DNA from: Euprymna scolopes
Taxonomy: Eukaryota
DNA: 64,000 nucleotides
Assembly (NCBI GenBank): GCA_053919585.1
Contig: CM132807.1
Direction: 5' to 3' (one strand)
The notes beneath the pieces were generated by a model that saw only the letters and a program-made list of their open reading frames with translations, was not told the origin of the DNA and made no database searches. Both the position numbers and the translations under genes were made by a program. Position 1 is the stretch's first letter. Each line of letters starts with the position of its first letter. Shown here piece after piece: positions 14,350 through 28,000 of the stretch.

Positions 14350-15654
14350 AAAATGCACTTGTCCTGTATATATGGGCATATTCATAATCCCTATTTTAAG
14401 GCGGAAAGCAGTGGACTCAGCTAGTTTCCCTTCTTCTAGTTATTTATTCATTTATTTATTTGTTGATTACCTTCGAATTAAGTAACCTATTCCATTTTCG
14501 TGCTCTTATTATTAGACGATAATTCTACAATGTCCTATTTTTAAATCCATTAAATATTTAATGTATTTTTTAATTTTTATATTTATTTCTCCTTTTCTGA
14601 TCTCTTTTATTTTTATTTACTCACCATATCCGAGTCTAAATCTTTTACATTTTAATCCATATTTATATGTCCAACCATTCATTTCTCAATTTGCCTTAGT
14701 TTCATATCAGCTTGTATTTACATGTAACGATATATTTGTTGGTTTTATTCTATTTTTATGTTGTATATTTTGACAGAAAACTCACCTTCTGCTGGTTATG
14801 CAATTAATTTAAATATAAAATATATTTTTCCCAGCCTTATCTTAATATAAAAAGTTTTTATCTTTTATGTTTTACTATTCCTTTTTCATTCAATATTATT
14901 GAGACAGTCTAAGGGCCATAACTCGATTTTTTCACATCCATCTACTGATTATCCTTTATGTTCCTTATCTGATATTTTTGATATTTCTCTCTAATAATCT
15001 ACTATCATCAATCATTAAGTATTTTACAGTTACATTTTTCTCCAAATTAAAATCATCTGATTGAAAAGTACTTTTATTGCGCATTTTACTATTATTTAAC
15101 TTATTATAGTTTTACTTCAATTTGTAGCGGTTGACAATGGAAGTTTAACTGTGTTCTAATTAATTATTTTACTTTATCTATTGTCTGTGTTGGAAGATCT
15201 TATCAATTATTTTGTAAAATTCTTTTGGGAAATTATTCTGTATATGGTCACTGAAAGATGGATTCCACCAAATTTATTTTTTGCGTCTATTGTTCTTTTT
15301 TCTATAACTACATTATTAATATTATATGATAGTTTCCCATTTTTTCGTTTAATTCTTTGTATTCTTAACTTAATTTTGATACCTGTTTTTATTTATTCCA
15401 TTTATTTATTCCTATCATCCCCATGCTATATGATATTGTGCAGTAGATCCTGCTTTTTTTCACCATCTCATTTATGCAGTTGATCTTTTATCATCCTTAT
15501 CAACATCCTTTATGTATTTGATCCTTTCATCATATACTGGTCCATCCTATGCTTCATTATAGTGTTTTTTTTTTAATTTTTATCGAATATATTTTCATTT
15601 TGTGATATCTTGATATTCCTTTTCATATACTAGCGATAATTGCTTTTTTTCATA

Positions 15655-16458
15655 TGGATGGTAACGTTCAATACCACCAAGACAAAACTGGTTTCATTCA
15701 ATAATTACAAGAAACCTTCTCTACCACCTATAGCAATGGCCAACGACTCTTTATCTGAGAGTACGTCTCTCAAGCTCCTTGGCCTTACGTTCACAGGAAA
15801 CATGAGTTATCACAATTACATCGAGGGCATTGCCAGGGCCGCTGCAAGGAAGGTGGGCTCTCTCTACCGTGCTAGAAAACTTCTAACACCCGAAAGTATC
15901 CTGTACCTCTATAAGGCCACTATTCGCCCATGTATGGAGTATTGCTGTCATATTTGGGCCGGTGCATCGGCTACTAGTCTCTCGCTCCTTGACAGGATTC
16001 AAAAGAGAGTCGCAAATCTGATAGGCCCTAAACTGGCATCTAAACTTCAGCCTCTGTCCCATCGTCGAAACGTTGCATCCCTCTGCCTGTTCTACAAGTA
16101 TTATAATGGTGAATGCTCTGAAGAACTGCAAGCGCTTGTGCCCCCACGACGTGAACACCCTCGACAGTCCCGACAAGCTGCAAAATCCCACCCCCACACT
16201 GTAGAGATCCCTAGATGTAAAAGATCTTTCTACTCCAGTAGTTTCTTCCCCAGAACTGCTAGACCTTGGAATTCCATTCCAGGTCACTGCTTCCCCAACT
16301 GTACTGACATGCATAAGTTCAAGTGCAACGTGAACTAACATCTCGCTGCCCTAATCCCTACATAGTACCCCAGTAGATGTTTCCCCTGATAGTAGCCCCC
16401 TACACCAAAGTGGCAATGTGCCTTGTTTGGGGTGAAAATGTAATTAAAAACAAAAAAA
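15655..16458 (+). mobile_element. 5'-truncated CR1/L2-group LINE (RT C-terminal region, 3' UTR, A-rich tail)
   Basis: ORF 15640-16338 has WMVTFN..LYKATIRPCMEYCCHIW..HRRNVASLCLFYKYY..SFFPRTARPWN. Confidence 0.92.
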
Positions 16459-16621
16459 TTATTTTTATAGTCTATATATAAAAGAGTTTTGTTCGATTTG
16501 TGATACGGCTCATATGTATTGTTGTTAAGGTTTAGGATAATACCTCCCTATACTATTTTTATTATTGCAGTCTAATGTTATTTCAAATTGAAGTCCACTA
16601 ATATTTTCAGTTTCTTTGTAG

Positions 16622-16687
<66 letters not shown>

Positions 16688-16984
16688 AATGACTGCAACT
16701 TATTGTCAGAGGAGTTCCACTCCCTAAGACACTTTAAGCCCATGAACTCAAAAATGACTTCCATCGCCACAGGGCCATTTTTATAGACACATGTCTGAGG
16801 AAGTATCTATACATAGATGATGTTACAGAGTCTTAACATTGTACGAAGGCTAAGTCTCTCACTCTCTCTCGATTCCAAATGTTGAGACCAAGTAACAAGC
16901 AAGATCAAGATAGCCAGCAACAAGTTAAACTGCAGATTAGCTTAATGCGGGTACAGGTCTCCCGTTTTATAGTTTTTTTTAAAT

Positions 16985-17230
16985 CATAGATTTGCTTCTC
17001 CTAAATAGGTTGCCTTCACCACGGCTTACGGGAGCGCTCTCCACCCCAACACACGCACATACATACAAACAAACAAACGAACGAACACAGTGCTAGTTGG
17101 CCCTTGGCCCCGAAAAAGGGTGCATTTGCCCTTTGGAAGGTCTTTTTTTTAATCCTAAAGGGAGACTAGTAACCCTCCTCACCAAAGTCTGATGGGGAAT
17201 CAGTTTAGTCGCCGATGATCCGGCCATGAG
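16985..17230 (-). mobile_element. Fragments of an RTE-like 5' UTR
   Basis: 17093-17225 is a reverse-complement homologue of 56150-56260 (ggcgactaaactg..ccccc..gtgaggagggt(g/t)actagtctccc). Confidence 0.7.
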
Positions 17231-17231
17231 G

Positions 17232-17300
<69 letters not shown>

Positions 17301-17303
<3 letters not shown>

Positions 17304-17549
17304 GACGTTATCACTTTGAAAAACTGGTTCTCGTCAGATCATCGAGGGTAAGAAAGGTTTAGACAGTACCAGATGATAGACTATTTGGAAAATACAGAAG
17401 CAAAGTATAGGCTCTCTTCTCACCTTTGCATAGTTTCTAGTCGTACTGAACCTCCACTTGCAACTGGTATTTAAAACTTAGATTCACAAGAAGGGTTGTT
17501 GGAGATTGCGCAACTCCTTCGATGAAAATTAAACGCAGCACAAGAAGGA

Positions 17550-17552
<3 letters not shown>
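17301..17552 (+). mobile_element. 5S rRNA-derived SINE (SINE3-like), copy 1
   Basis: 17301-17413 aligns to 5S (acgac..ttgaaaaactggttctcgtcagatc..agtac..gaaaatac..taggct); the downstream body is shared with copy 2. Confidence 0.7.
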
Positions 17553-17580
<28 letters not shown>

Positions 17581-17582
<2 letters not shown>

Positions 17583-17866
17583 AGCAAATTGTTTAATAAA
17601 ATATGTTAAAAACACTTTGAAAAAGAGTTAAAAACATATTTAATCTGAAAAGGAAACACAAAAAAGGGGATAGTACTTAATCCGCCGAGTTTCGAAGAAA
17701 TACTTTCCTTCTCATCAGAAGGTAGGATTTAGCAAAATGCGGGATAGGATTTTTCTTGCAAAAGTATTTGATGAAACTACAAGCAAGTCAAGGATCTTAC
17801 TTGATAACAAGAAGTGAAGCAGAGGGAATAGAGTGAAGAAAAAGTAATTTCACGTGAATGGATTTT

Positions 17867-17870
<4 letters not shown>
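17581..17870 (-). mobile_element. PLE pseudo-LTR-like HHR repeat, copy 2
   Basis: Minus strand CTGATGA-gaaggaaagtatttcttc-GAAA-ctcggcgga-tta at 17675-17722; flanked by (TA)n on both sides. Confidence 0.8.
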
Positions 17871-17931
<61 letters not shown>

Positions 17932-18584
17932 CACATAAAATGTTTATAAGAGAATAATGTTTCATGTATGCCATTTTCATTGTATTTTATGTGTGGATTT
18001 TCAATATATGCTTTAACAGTGCTCAATACATGATAAAGAAAGGTATATATTTTTTGGTTATATATGTTAAATATAAACATAACATTTATAATTAAACGAA
18101 ACTTGGGCAAATTAGCGATCTGAAGAAGAAACCAATTTTACGAAACAACTATTTCGCTACTCAGAAAAATCCCACGATTGCCATTTGAAAGCTTAGGCAT
18201 AGTAGAATTCTATGCACAAATTCAATTAGTAAAAAAAAATGACTCCAAATCAGTTTATCTCAAGAAAACTGAAAGAAATATTACACACCTTAGTACATCG
18301 TAACACGACGGCAATTACGAATATCGAACAACGTTGGATAAAAATGATCAATTTAACCGCGGTTGTATCACACAAGATGATCACATTTGATGTTTTCAGT
18401 TGTATTTATTTTGAATTTTTAAAAAAACGTGGCTGTGATTAAGACTAGTCGGAACACTTCAAAGCAGGAATTAAAATAGTTATCAACTCTCACCTTAATA
18501 CACGCTCTCCTCATCCCGCTACTTTTCTAAGAAGATAGAGAAGATAATTATCTCTTTTGTAAAACGATTGGTCATTTTATCAAA

Positions 18585-18692
18585 ATGGCAGCTCGTTTGA
18601 GAAGCACATTAGCAGCGCATTCGCGTCCATGTCAGTCTCACGTGAATAGATTTCGTTCCAATGTTTCATCTCGCTATTTATGCAAGAACGAA
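18585..18692 (+). CDS. Candidate first coding exon, mitochondrial-presequence-like (MAARLRSTLAAHSRPCQSHVNRFRSNVSSRYLCKNE)
   Basis: caaaATGG start context, 36 codons rich in R/S/A with only one terminal acidic residue, followed by GT (gaa|gtattt); no downstream exon identified. Confidence 0.35.
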
Positions 18693-18699
18693 GTATTTT

Positions 18700-18860
18700 T
18701 TTTAGAATAATTACGTTTTCTCCTTATTTGGTTTTTGGTTTTTGATATTCCGTGATATTTTTAATCCTTTTCTTAAAATTATATTTTTCTTTTTCTTTTC
18801 TGTACTTTTTGAACTCTGTTTTCATATTTATTTTACCGAACATTTTCTTTGGTAGTTGCG

Positions 18861-18895
<35 letters not shown>

Positions 18896-19680
18896 AACTA
18901 CTACTACTCTCATTACATCTTAATATTTTTTGTTATTATTTCTACATTATTTCTCTTATAAATGTGTCTCTTTAACTTTTTTTTACTATCTTCAGCTTTT
19001 TTTTATTGGATTTTGTATACTCTTTCTACTTCTACTCTTTTTCTTTTCAAGTGTCATCTTGCTTTTTCTATCCTCTGTATATCCTTTTTCTATCCTCTGT
19101 ATATCCTTTTTCTATCCTCTGTATATCCTATCACTTTATCATTCTTATTATGTTCCCTTCCATCATTTTTTTTTTCATTTAATTTAATGACTTTTGTTTT
19201 ATTCTCTCCGATTTCCATGTTGTTTTCTATATTTTATCTGTTTCTTCTTCTTTTTTCTTTTCGTCAGCTTCTTTGTAATGTAATTTAATTACTGTTTTTC
19301 TTAATTTTCTTTTCTCTTCTACACTCATCTATTCCCCCCATTTTCAACATTCTTGTCGTCCTATTCTTCATTTTCTGTTTCCTCTTCATTTTTCACTCAC
19401 TCCGCTGTATTATTTAACTCGTATTTTTTAATTCTATTTTTTATTCGGCTTTTTCTGTTCTCTTTTCCTTCTTCCTTGTTTTTCGTTTTTTTTTACCCAT
19501 TTTACTTATCTCCATACCTTTTTTATTTCTCCCTTCTACATCTATTTACTTTTTCACGATTATTTTTTTTCTTTTTCATCTCATTTTCGAATTTTTACAG
19601 TTCATCCCTATTAACAACATTTCTCCTTAATACTTCTTCTTCCCTGTCTATTTCTCTTATAATTTTATCTTAACTTTTGT
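18700..19680. repeat. Pyrimidine-rich low-complexity tract with (CTA)n and a 21-bp x3 repeat
   Basis: T/C-dominated composition; (cta)n at 18862-18908; ctttttctatcctctgtatat repeats at 19062-19127. Confidence 0.85.
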
Positions 19681-21506
19681 TTACAATAATTTTTGTGTCA
19701 TTGTTTTTCTTTTGTTAAGATTCACTTTAATATTTGGGTTTTTATCTGCACAAAAATTATCTGAATGCACAGAAAAAAAGGTGAAATTATTTTTGTGATC
19801 AGAATTTCAGAGCAACAATTTCTTGAAGAATAAAACAACGCTGACATTTGAATGTGCTTGAAAGAACGCATTATGTTTGCACTCGAAAAGAATCTACCCA
19901 TATAATATTAAATCAATGGATATAGCGCGTGTTGTACGAAATCCTTGAACAATGTATTTATTTGTATACACACACACACACACATATACACACATATATA
20001 TATGTATATATATTATATGCATATATATATGTTTATATATATGCATATGTATATAAATACCATTTGTTATCATTCAAACTTGATGTATTTAATAAGTTTT
20101 TATTTGATTTCATTATGTACGTCTTACACGTATTTCTTTAAATATAAAAAAATGTTGAAAAAGTATGCAAAAGTACGTCTTACACGTATTTCTTTAAATA
20201 GAAATCCACACTAAACAACTCCTCAGAGATAATAGCATGTTCCTGGATAAAATGTTGAAAAAGTATGCAAAAGCACAAACTATAAAAAAACACTTATTGT
20301 TGTGCATCCCTCAAGCAACACTATAGTTATCTTCAAAATGTCTTTTGTACAAAATATATATGTCGAGATCTCTAGATGTTGCAAAGCTTTACATTTAATT
20401 ATCTCATCGAAAAAAGTGTCATTACAGTTAAAACTAACACCGACTAAAATTTATTGTTTTTAAAAACCGGATAAACGTCTTGTGAGTTCGTATTTTTTTA
20501 CATTTTTTTATTACTGTTCTTATTTTGTTCTTTTTACAAGGCGTGGCACAATTGACAGCGCTAATTTTTAAAGGAGTTGGGGGCTTCTACATAAATGAAT
20601 CTTGTGCCTAACTGGTATCTACTTGAAAGGTGCAGATGTGTTAAGCGGGTGTTTGTGATTTGGCAAATGGTCTGCTATGACTCAAGCCAAGAATGGCAGA
20701 TTGTTTATAATATTGAACCAAGGCAAAACGATATATGACCTTCGAATTTGCAAAGGTCAACCCTGAACGAACTCATGGATACAACGACAAAAAAATGTTT
20801 AAACGTAATGTATGAATGCCCCGTCTTTGTCACTTCCTTTCTTTCTCTCTGCCACTCCCTATCTCTCTCTCCAATGAAGAAAGAGAGATTTAAATATAAT
20901 TCGATTGTTTTAAAACCGTTGAAGCTTGTACCTCGTACGCGGTGGGTATAGTAGTTTGCTGTGCACGCAATGAGTCGACTGAATATGCTTTTTACTTGAT
21001 AATTGTTAAATAAATTATATTGTTTTTATAAAAATGTATTTGTCCGCTATTTTTCCACGAGCGTTCGATTTCAACTTGTGGTTTCCCCCGATTATTCCAT
21101 TAATACGACGATGGAAAGCTGCCTGTAACGATATAATGGAAACACAAGAAGCGATCCATGCCAGCCTGTTACAGTCGACGACATCTTGACCCGTTTTGTT
21201 GAAGTTTCCATGTGGCTATCGTTGGATATCCTGTCTAACACCCGAGGAGCTGGTTGTTTTCTAAGGACATTCGATTTTCCTCACGTATATCTTGTCGAAT
21301 TCGAGAGTCTTTCTGCCGGATTCGGATATCTGCACAATATGTCCAATTAAACTGTTGGTCTAATCAATGGGGATAGTATGCTGCCGTTCTCTCAGCGAGG
21401 ATTCGGTACAAGTACAGAATTCAACTGAATATAGCTTACTCGCATATCTAGCAATTGGTTCATTATTTCGAACTGATCAGTTTATAAATTCAGAAGTGCG
21501 CGCATG

Positions 21507-21580
<74 letters not shown>

Positions 21581-21681
21581 TGTGTATAAACACTTAAACA
21601 TTTTTAAAACATCAAAAGGTAAAGACCTTTGAATAATATTTGGATATTGATGGTTGAATTATGTTAATTTCAACTCACTTT

Positions 21682-22036
21682 TCGGCCCTGTCGGTGGGGC
21701 ATTAGAAAACGTCGACTGCTCCCCTGCAGAGAGTAAAAATCCCTCAATGGGGGTCCTGGATATGACCTTAAACTATATCCAGTGGTGAGGCCCCAGCTTG
21801 TGGGCTTTGGGGAGTGTGGGGCCACCCTTTAATTGCCATTGCTCTCAGGTCCACTCTGACCCGGAGTGGTAGTACCTGTTAGGGTCCCAACTATGGGTTA
21901 GATAAAAACCGACGTGAAAACAACAAATATATTCTATTAAAAATATTTTTCTTCAAAATCTTTGGATTCGGCATGAAATAACCCGAAAAGGGTTGATATG
22001 CCGTAAAACAAAAAACAACCAAACCAAACCAACCAA
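21682..22036 (+). mobile_element. GC-rich SINE-like interspersed repeat with (AAACC)n tail
   Basis: Sharp GC-rich island ending gggttgatatgccgtaaaac(aaacc)n; related tail remnants at about 48305-48420. Confidence 0.6.
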
Positions 22037-22844
22037 ATTCAATTCACTTTTGCATTAAATATTCATTCTAATAATTCCTAGAGATACCTGACTTTGCATC
22101 GACCGGGTGCCATAACATCTCGTTCCTGCCCAACATGATGACAAAGGTCCATATTCCTCCCTACCTATGCATTGACTGCACATCATGATACTTAGTTCGC
22201 TATGCCTTCGCATAACTAAGTTTCATATAAACTTTCAGCAAGAGTGGCCCCATTTTTCCTGAGAAAAATTGGATATACAGACGGGCACCCTAATAGGCAG
22301 ATAAAGAGAAATATAATATCGATGAACACACCTAGCTATGTATGAATAACAGATGCAAATTTAAGTGGATAACATCTCAATGAAATATAAATCGCAAACC
22401 CTCATGGCAGAGAGATTAATACTCTTAATAATAATTAACAACTATGATACCAACATCTTTTAGGACGCTGGAATTTAAATTAAGAAGTTTTACAGTTTTA
22501 TTTCTTTCTTATTTGTTTTTATAAAAATCACCTATATTTACTAATTTTATGTGATATTCAGACTTTGAATTAAAACGTTATTTTATTTTCTATTATGTTT
22601 AGAATTTTAATTAAATGCCTCAGTGGTTGCAAATATAAACGGAAAATAGTGTGTCTCTATTATAAGATGTTATTAAATTAAATTTAAACATTATCCTCGT
22701 AATGATTTGGGTTTTATGAAAGAGGGAAATATATATATCATTATGTCGACCGGATTTTAATAATTAGACGTAAATAAGATTTAGATATTTATTCTACGTA
22801 GACAAATTTAATTTCTTATCGTTAGACTATGTTGTTTCAATTAT

Positions 22845-23112
22845 AAATCGATCAATGCCTCGTTTCAGTCGAAAGAGGCAATGGATCCCACTGAAAGGGT
22901 AGAATCCTTTGTAATTGTGAGGCAATGAATGCGCAATCACAAACAACAAATGCCCTATATGGAATCTGCTTCTGTTCAGTTGGAAGAGGGTCGATACGAA
23001 CTGGAAATATAAGCGAAAAGAACATACGGTACCTGGAATTTCCTGACCAAAGTTGCTAAACTTCTGTGACCTGACGGGAACCGGTGTGTCAACGCAATAA
23101 GCCGTATGAAAT
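22845..23112 (-). mobile_element. 5S rRNA-derived SINE (SINE3-like), copy 2
   Basis: Minus strand tacggcttattgcgttgacacaccggttcccgtcaggtcacagaagtttagcaac resembles 5S (with an internal deletion); the body is shared with copy 1. Confidence 0.75.
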
Positions 23113-23116
23113 AATA

Positions 23117-23195
<79 letters not shown>

Positions 23196-23198
<3 letters not shown>

Positions 23199-24730
23199 TG
23201 CCACGCAAAAGTATTGGATACATTACATTTTTTCTTCATAACTTTAATTAGGGTTCAAGATTTTACATAAAATGTTGGCAGTATATTCCTATTACTATTC
23301 TAAATTATATTTGGAGTAGTAATTACAAAATCAAAGCTTAGAAAGTTTATATTTAAGGAAAATATTAATTAATAAACGCAAAAGTATTGGATACACTTTT
23401 AAAAAATATTTTTCTGGAATAAATTTAAATGACTTTTGCTTAGCGTATTGCAATAATGCGAACGAGTTTTTATTTACCAATCAGAGAGTTATATTTAAAT
23501 AATTTTATAAAATTCTTCCAGTTTGGGCTCAGTCCTTCGAAGTCAACAAGTACGTTTGTAAAAATGCCTAAAGCTAACGAGTTGCCAATAGACATTCGTC
23601 AAAAACTATTGATAAGAAGGAAAAATGTATCAAATAATATCAAGGGGACTTAATCTACCACTTAGTACAGTTGAAAACATTATAAGAAAGTTGAAAAACA
23701 CTGGTGAAGCTGTTGCATATCTTATACGATGTGGTCGGACAAGGAAATTAAACGAAAAAAAAAGCTGGGTAAGCAGAAAGGCACAAAAATATTTTCTTAC
23801 TCCTTGTGAAACTTTTCTTACTCCTGGTAAAACTTTTCTTACTCCTGGTGAAACTTTTCTTACTCGTGGTGAAACTTTTCTTACTCCTGGTGAAACCTTT
23901 CTTACTCGTGGTGAAACTTTTCTTACTCGTGGTGAAACTTTTCTTACTCCTGGTGAAACTTTTCTTACTCCGGGTGAAACTTTCCTTACTCGTGGTGAAA
24001 CATTCCTTACTCCTGGTTAAACTTTCCTTACTCCTGGTGAAATTCAAATCGATCTCAGAGAAGCTGGGATTAATATGAGCAAGGATACAATGAGTAGAGT
24101 TCGTTTTGTATCAAAGTTTCCCAAGAAAAGTTCCATTATTGAAGCTTAAACATGTCGTTTGAATTATGTTAAAACATGTGGGGAGCAATCCCGAAAATTT
24201 TGGAACAAGGTAATCTGGTCAGACGGAAAGAACATCGAAATCTTTCGAAGAAACACAATAACACGCATATGGCGGAACAATGGCACCATTTATAACAAAA
24301 ATAATACTATTCCTACGGTGGTTCGATTATGATATGGGGGTGTTTTTCATCCAAAGGTACTGGTGAACTAGAAATCATCAATGGTAGAATGAATGGACGT
24401 ATGTACATGGAAATTTTGGAGAAAAACCTCCAGAAATCTTCTAATTTCTTAGGACATTATAGCAATTTCGTGTTTCAGCAGGAAAATAATCCCAAGCATA
24501 AAAACCAAACTAACCAAAGAATGGCTTAGAAATAACGAAATAAACGTTTTTATTTGGACCAGTCAGTTTCCAGACCTCAACCCAATTGAAAATTTGTAGA
24601 AAATATTGAAAAGCAATGTTCATAAGAGAAATCCACAAAATATTCAACAACTGGAACAGTTCTGCAAAGAAGAATGGCGCAAAATACCTGCATATCTTTG
24701 CAAAAAACGCGTGTGCAACTATAGAAAGTG
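23196..24730 (+). mobile_element. Tc1-family transposon, decayed transposase (ATG 23564), left TIR only
   Basis: TA|cagtgccacgcaaaagtattggataca with an inner direct repeat at ~23376; motifs [28 protein letters not shown]; frameshifts and stops. Confidence 0.93.
23793..24042 (+). repeat. 21-bp minisatellite (~12 copies) inside the Tc1 transposase
   Basis: tttcttactcctggtgaaact units, translating as FLTPGET. Confidence 0.95.
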
Positions 24731-24984
24731 ATAGGTAAATTGAAGATATTATTTCATATATAACGTGCTTTACTGTGTCCACCCTTCGGATAATAATGGT
24801 ATCTTTCATTTATTATAAAGATTGTGGAATATCAAACAGTGCTCAATGAGTAAACAGAGCAGGTATATTAAATTTATTTATACAAACATTGATGGCTACA
24901 TATGTGCATACATGTTTCTGTAATCACCCGTGCTGGGGGGATTACGTCTTCAGGCCAAGAATTACCCCCGAATTACTCTGTATA

Positions 24985-25046
<62 letters not shown>

Positions 25047-28000
25047 CCAGATGTATATACTCGGCGTTGCCGGCTCGAAACATAATGACTGGGTGGTTTC
25101 TGTACATCATACTTTTTAAAAGAAACTGGATATCTTGAGTAGTTACGTTTTTTCTGAAGTTGAAACACATGTTTATACTAGTATAAACCTAATCCATCTT
25201 CATCAATGAAAATAAAACGGGAAATAACTCGCATTACTTGAAGAGAATATAACTCTTGTAACGGACATAAATATAGCTAACTTCGGTTTTTAAATGTAAA
25301 TCATGTCAATTAATAATTTCAAACAAATTACGTTAAAAATATATTCAATAAATCTACTTTAACAAACAATCATCAATAGGACAATTAAAACAATTTTATT
25401 TCTTGTGATGATTAATAAAATGGAGATAAGTATTAAAATATACTTTCATAAATGTCATATGTAAAAAAGGTAACTTCCTTAATGTAATCTATTTTATGTT
25501 ATGTTTAATATATAATATAAATATATAGAAATCATGCTAGAAAATGTGTATAAATAAGTTTTTAATCTGAAGATTATGTATGAAACAACAGCTGTACATA
25601 TTATTCAAATTGTAAGCAAATAAAATAACAGAAAGGAACTTATTATAACAGATACCTGACGTGCGCATCTTAAAGCGTTTATAATGAATTGCATAAGGGA
25701 TTCTTGAAGAACATTAACAACCCTGTTTGGCATTTTTTATATTGTTCACGAATTTAGAAACGTTCTTAGTGAACTTATTTGAATGAAACATTCATTGTCT
25801 TATGAACGACAGATAAAACATTATAAACTTTTATTTTTTTTATATTTGAATTACATTATTTTCTTCAGACTAGTTTTAGCTATAGTTCGGTGTCCGAAGG
25901 TCTAATATTCAATATTTGTGTAATGCATTGAGCCCCATCTATTGTGTTGAATAAAGGTACTTGGAGATCGTGCACACACAAACTTAGGTTGGCATAGAAT
26001 AAAAAATACAATGTCAGACTTGTACACATATATTGACCTCTGAGAGAAAAAAGAAAATATCGGGTTGAACTTGTACACACATATTGACCTCTGATAGAAG
26101 AAAAGAAGAAATTGTCAATAAAAACAAACAGTTCGACAAACAGAAAGATAGACAGAGAGACGGAGAACGGCGCAGGGTCGTAAGCTCGTTATTTTGTCAA
26201 CTCCGACCTTCCCTTTCTCTACCCTTGCTGGACACATCCGAGAACAACGGACAGGCAAAATATTAAATAAATTCAGTTTTGGTATGAAACCGTCTCTGAG
26301 TGTGATTGTCAAAACGGTTAAAACAATCGTGAGTGTATATATTTATTAGCAGCATTCATCTTTGTAGAAATTCAATAATTTTGATTATGTATACATGACA
26401 ATGATACACAAATAAGCCGACTGTATATCAGTTATAAGTAAAATATTGACAGTTTCGGAATGTACTTGAAGAAATAATTTGCCGTCAATTTCTGTTTTGT
26501 AGCACACAATCTTGTAATGATTGCATAAAAATAAATAATACGGTCGGAGTTTCTTAATATAAGATACGTTTCATTTCTTACTACATCTTATAATTCTTAA
26601 TAGAACAAACAATGCAAGTGATTGATGCAAGAACAAATCGCGTACTATTATGCTATACAAGTAATGTTTATGCAACAAAATTTAAGCAAATATAATGTCA
26701 TTACATTAATAAAAGGAGTCGATTTTTCTAAAACTATAATTACTGTATGAGATAATAGCAATCCCATATTCCGAATTTGAAAGATGATATTGAGCGTTAA
26801 AAGTCTCGATCATTCTATTTTGTCAGTCTTTAGGAAAAATGTTCGGTTGCATAAATGTTGCATTTTTCCTAGACAAAATAAAGAAATACATATTTCGATC
26901 CTTAAAGTGTTGTGTTCATTGATTTCTTTGAAAGACTTTGTTTATCTTTTAGTCAGTATTTTTTTTTCAATTGGACTTTCATTTATGAAACAAAACGCAG
27001 CTTTAATAAACAATACCGTTGCCTCGCGAACGTCGCTCCACATCTTGACCTCTGAGATATTTACTTTTCTTAGTAAATCATGTTCAGTTTAAGGAATTTT
27101 ATTCAGTGGGGGGTCTTTGTGTATATGGAAAAAATACTTAAAACACAGATATGCGTTGATCGGATAGTTAGATTAATCTGGTTTATTTATTAATGGGATA
27201 ACCCTTTTCCTCATTTTCGGGCACTATTGAAAAATGTTTTAGTTAACACATCGCTAGGCAGGATAATCTTTTAAAAAGAAACTGAGGTGATTTCCGTATA
27301 ACTTAGAACAATAATAAATACGGATTCGATAATCAAAATAAAATATTGATTACATTAAATACTTTCGATTACAAACTGCGCGTCTCAGACTGGCTTCCCT
27401 AAATATATTTAAATATGTGTTAATTTTATCCATCTTTCCGATTCGTATAAGTATTTATTGAAAAGAACTAAAAAGAACAAAGATGTATCATTGTAAAAGA
27501 AGATTGTTTAACAACGATAAAAATAAACTCATCAGAATCAAATATTGATTTTTGCAGTGAATATCGATGATGTATTCTGATAATCAAACTGGCCTCTGGG
27601 TATATATTATCAGAAGGCTAACGAAATCCGTTTCTATTTCTTGCCGTGGAAAACCGTAAAATAATAATTTATTTACAAGAAACAAATAGAGCTAAGTTAT
27701 TCAGATTATTGGAATAAAGTGTCGGCATGTTTGGGCGTGCAAATCCTTTCAGATTGCGATATTTTGATCCCAATTTAGGGCCATCTTTTGGAGAGATGCT
27801 GCTGTACAATATCTTTACGTAACCGAGTTAACCGGTGGTTTCGTGATCACCATATGTTTCGACTGATCTTTCTCTGTTTTCTTCCACACCCACCTTGCTG
27901 TAAGATCCATAGAAGAAGAGATGAGTACGGTCCAATCGACGAAGGTTGAATTTGTTGCTGAAGGGAAGAAAATTTGCCAAGCAATTGAAAAAAAAATATC

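Larger units (their letters stand above)
14240..16625 (-). mobile_element. Decayed Penelope-like element (RT C-terminus, linker, GIY-YIG remnant, 3' HHR), interrupted by a LINE
   Basis: Minus-strand motifs GLQFEITLDCN..LNLNNNTYEPYHKSNKTLLYIDYKNN|HPY (split by the LINE) and RKK.IWWNPSFS..KEFYKIIDKIF..NTVKL are typical of PLE ORFs; HHR at the 3' end. Confidence 0.75.

Noticed and set aside
18115-18160. CTGAAGA..GAAAC motif
   Set aside because: Stems I-III cannot be convincingly paired.
21050-21430. Possible decayed Tc1 transposases (also 3355-3800, 8380-8760) and a THAP-like remnant at ~39490-39560
   Set aside because: Too degenerate to support by eye.
21682-21745. Pseudoknot suggesting a pistol/twister ribozyme at the SINE-like repeat head
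   Set aside because: Pairings are possible, but conserved catalytic nucleotides and element order do not match.
22086-22262. Minus-strand AG..GT exon candidates (also 25657-25790, 53986-54090)
   Set aside because: Stops in all frames or no recognisable protein.
27505-27541. Minus-strand gatt-CTGATGA-gttta..taaac-aatc hammerhead candidate
   Set aside because: GAAA, stem III and the cleavage triplet are absent.
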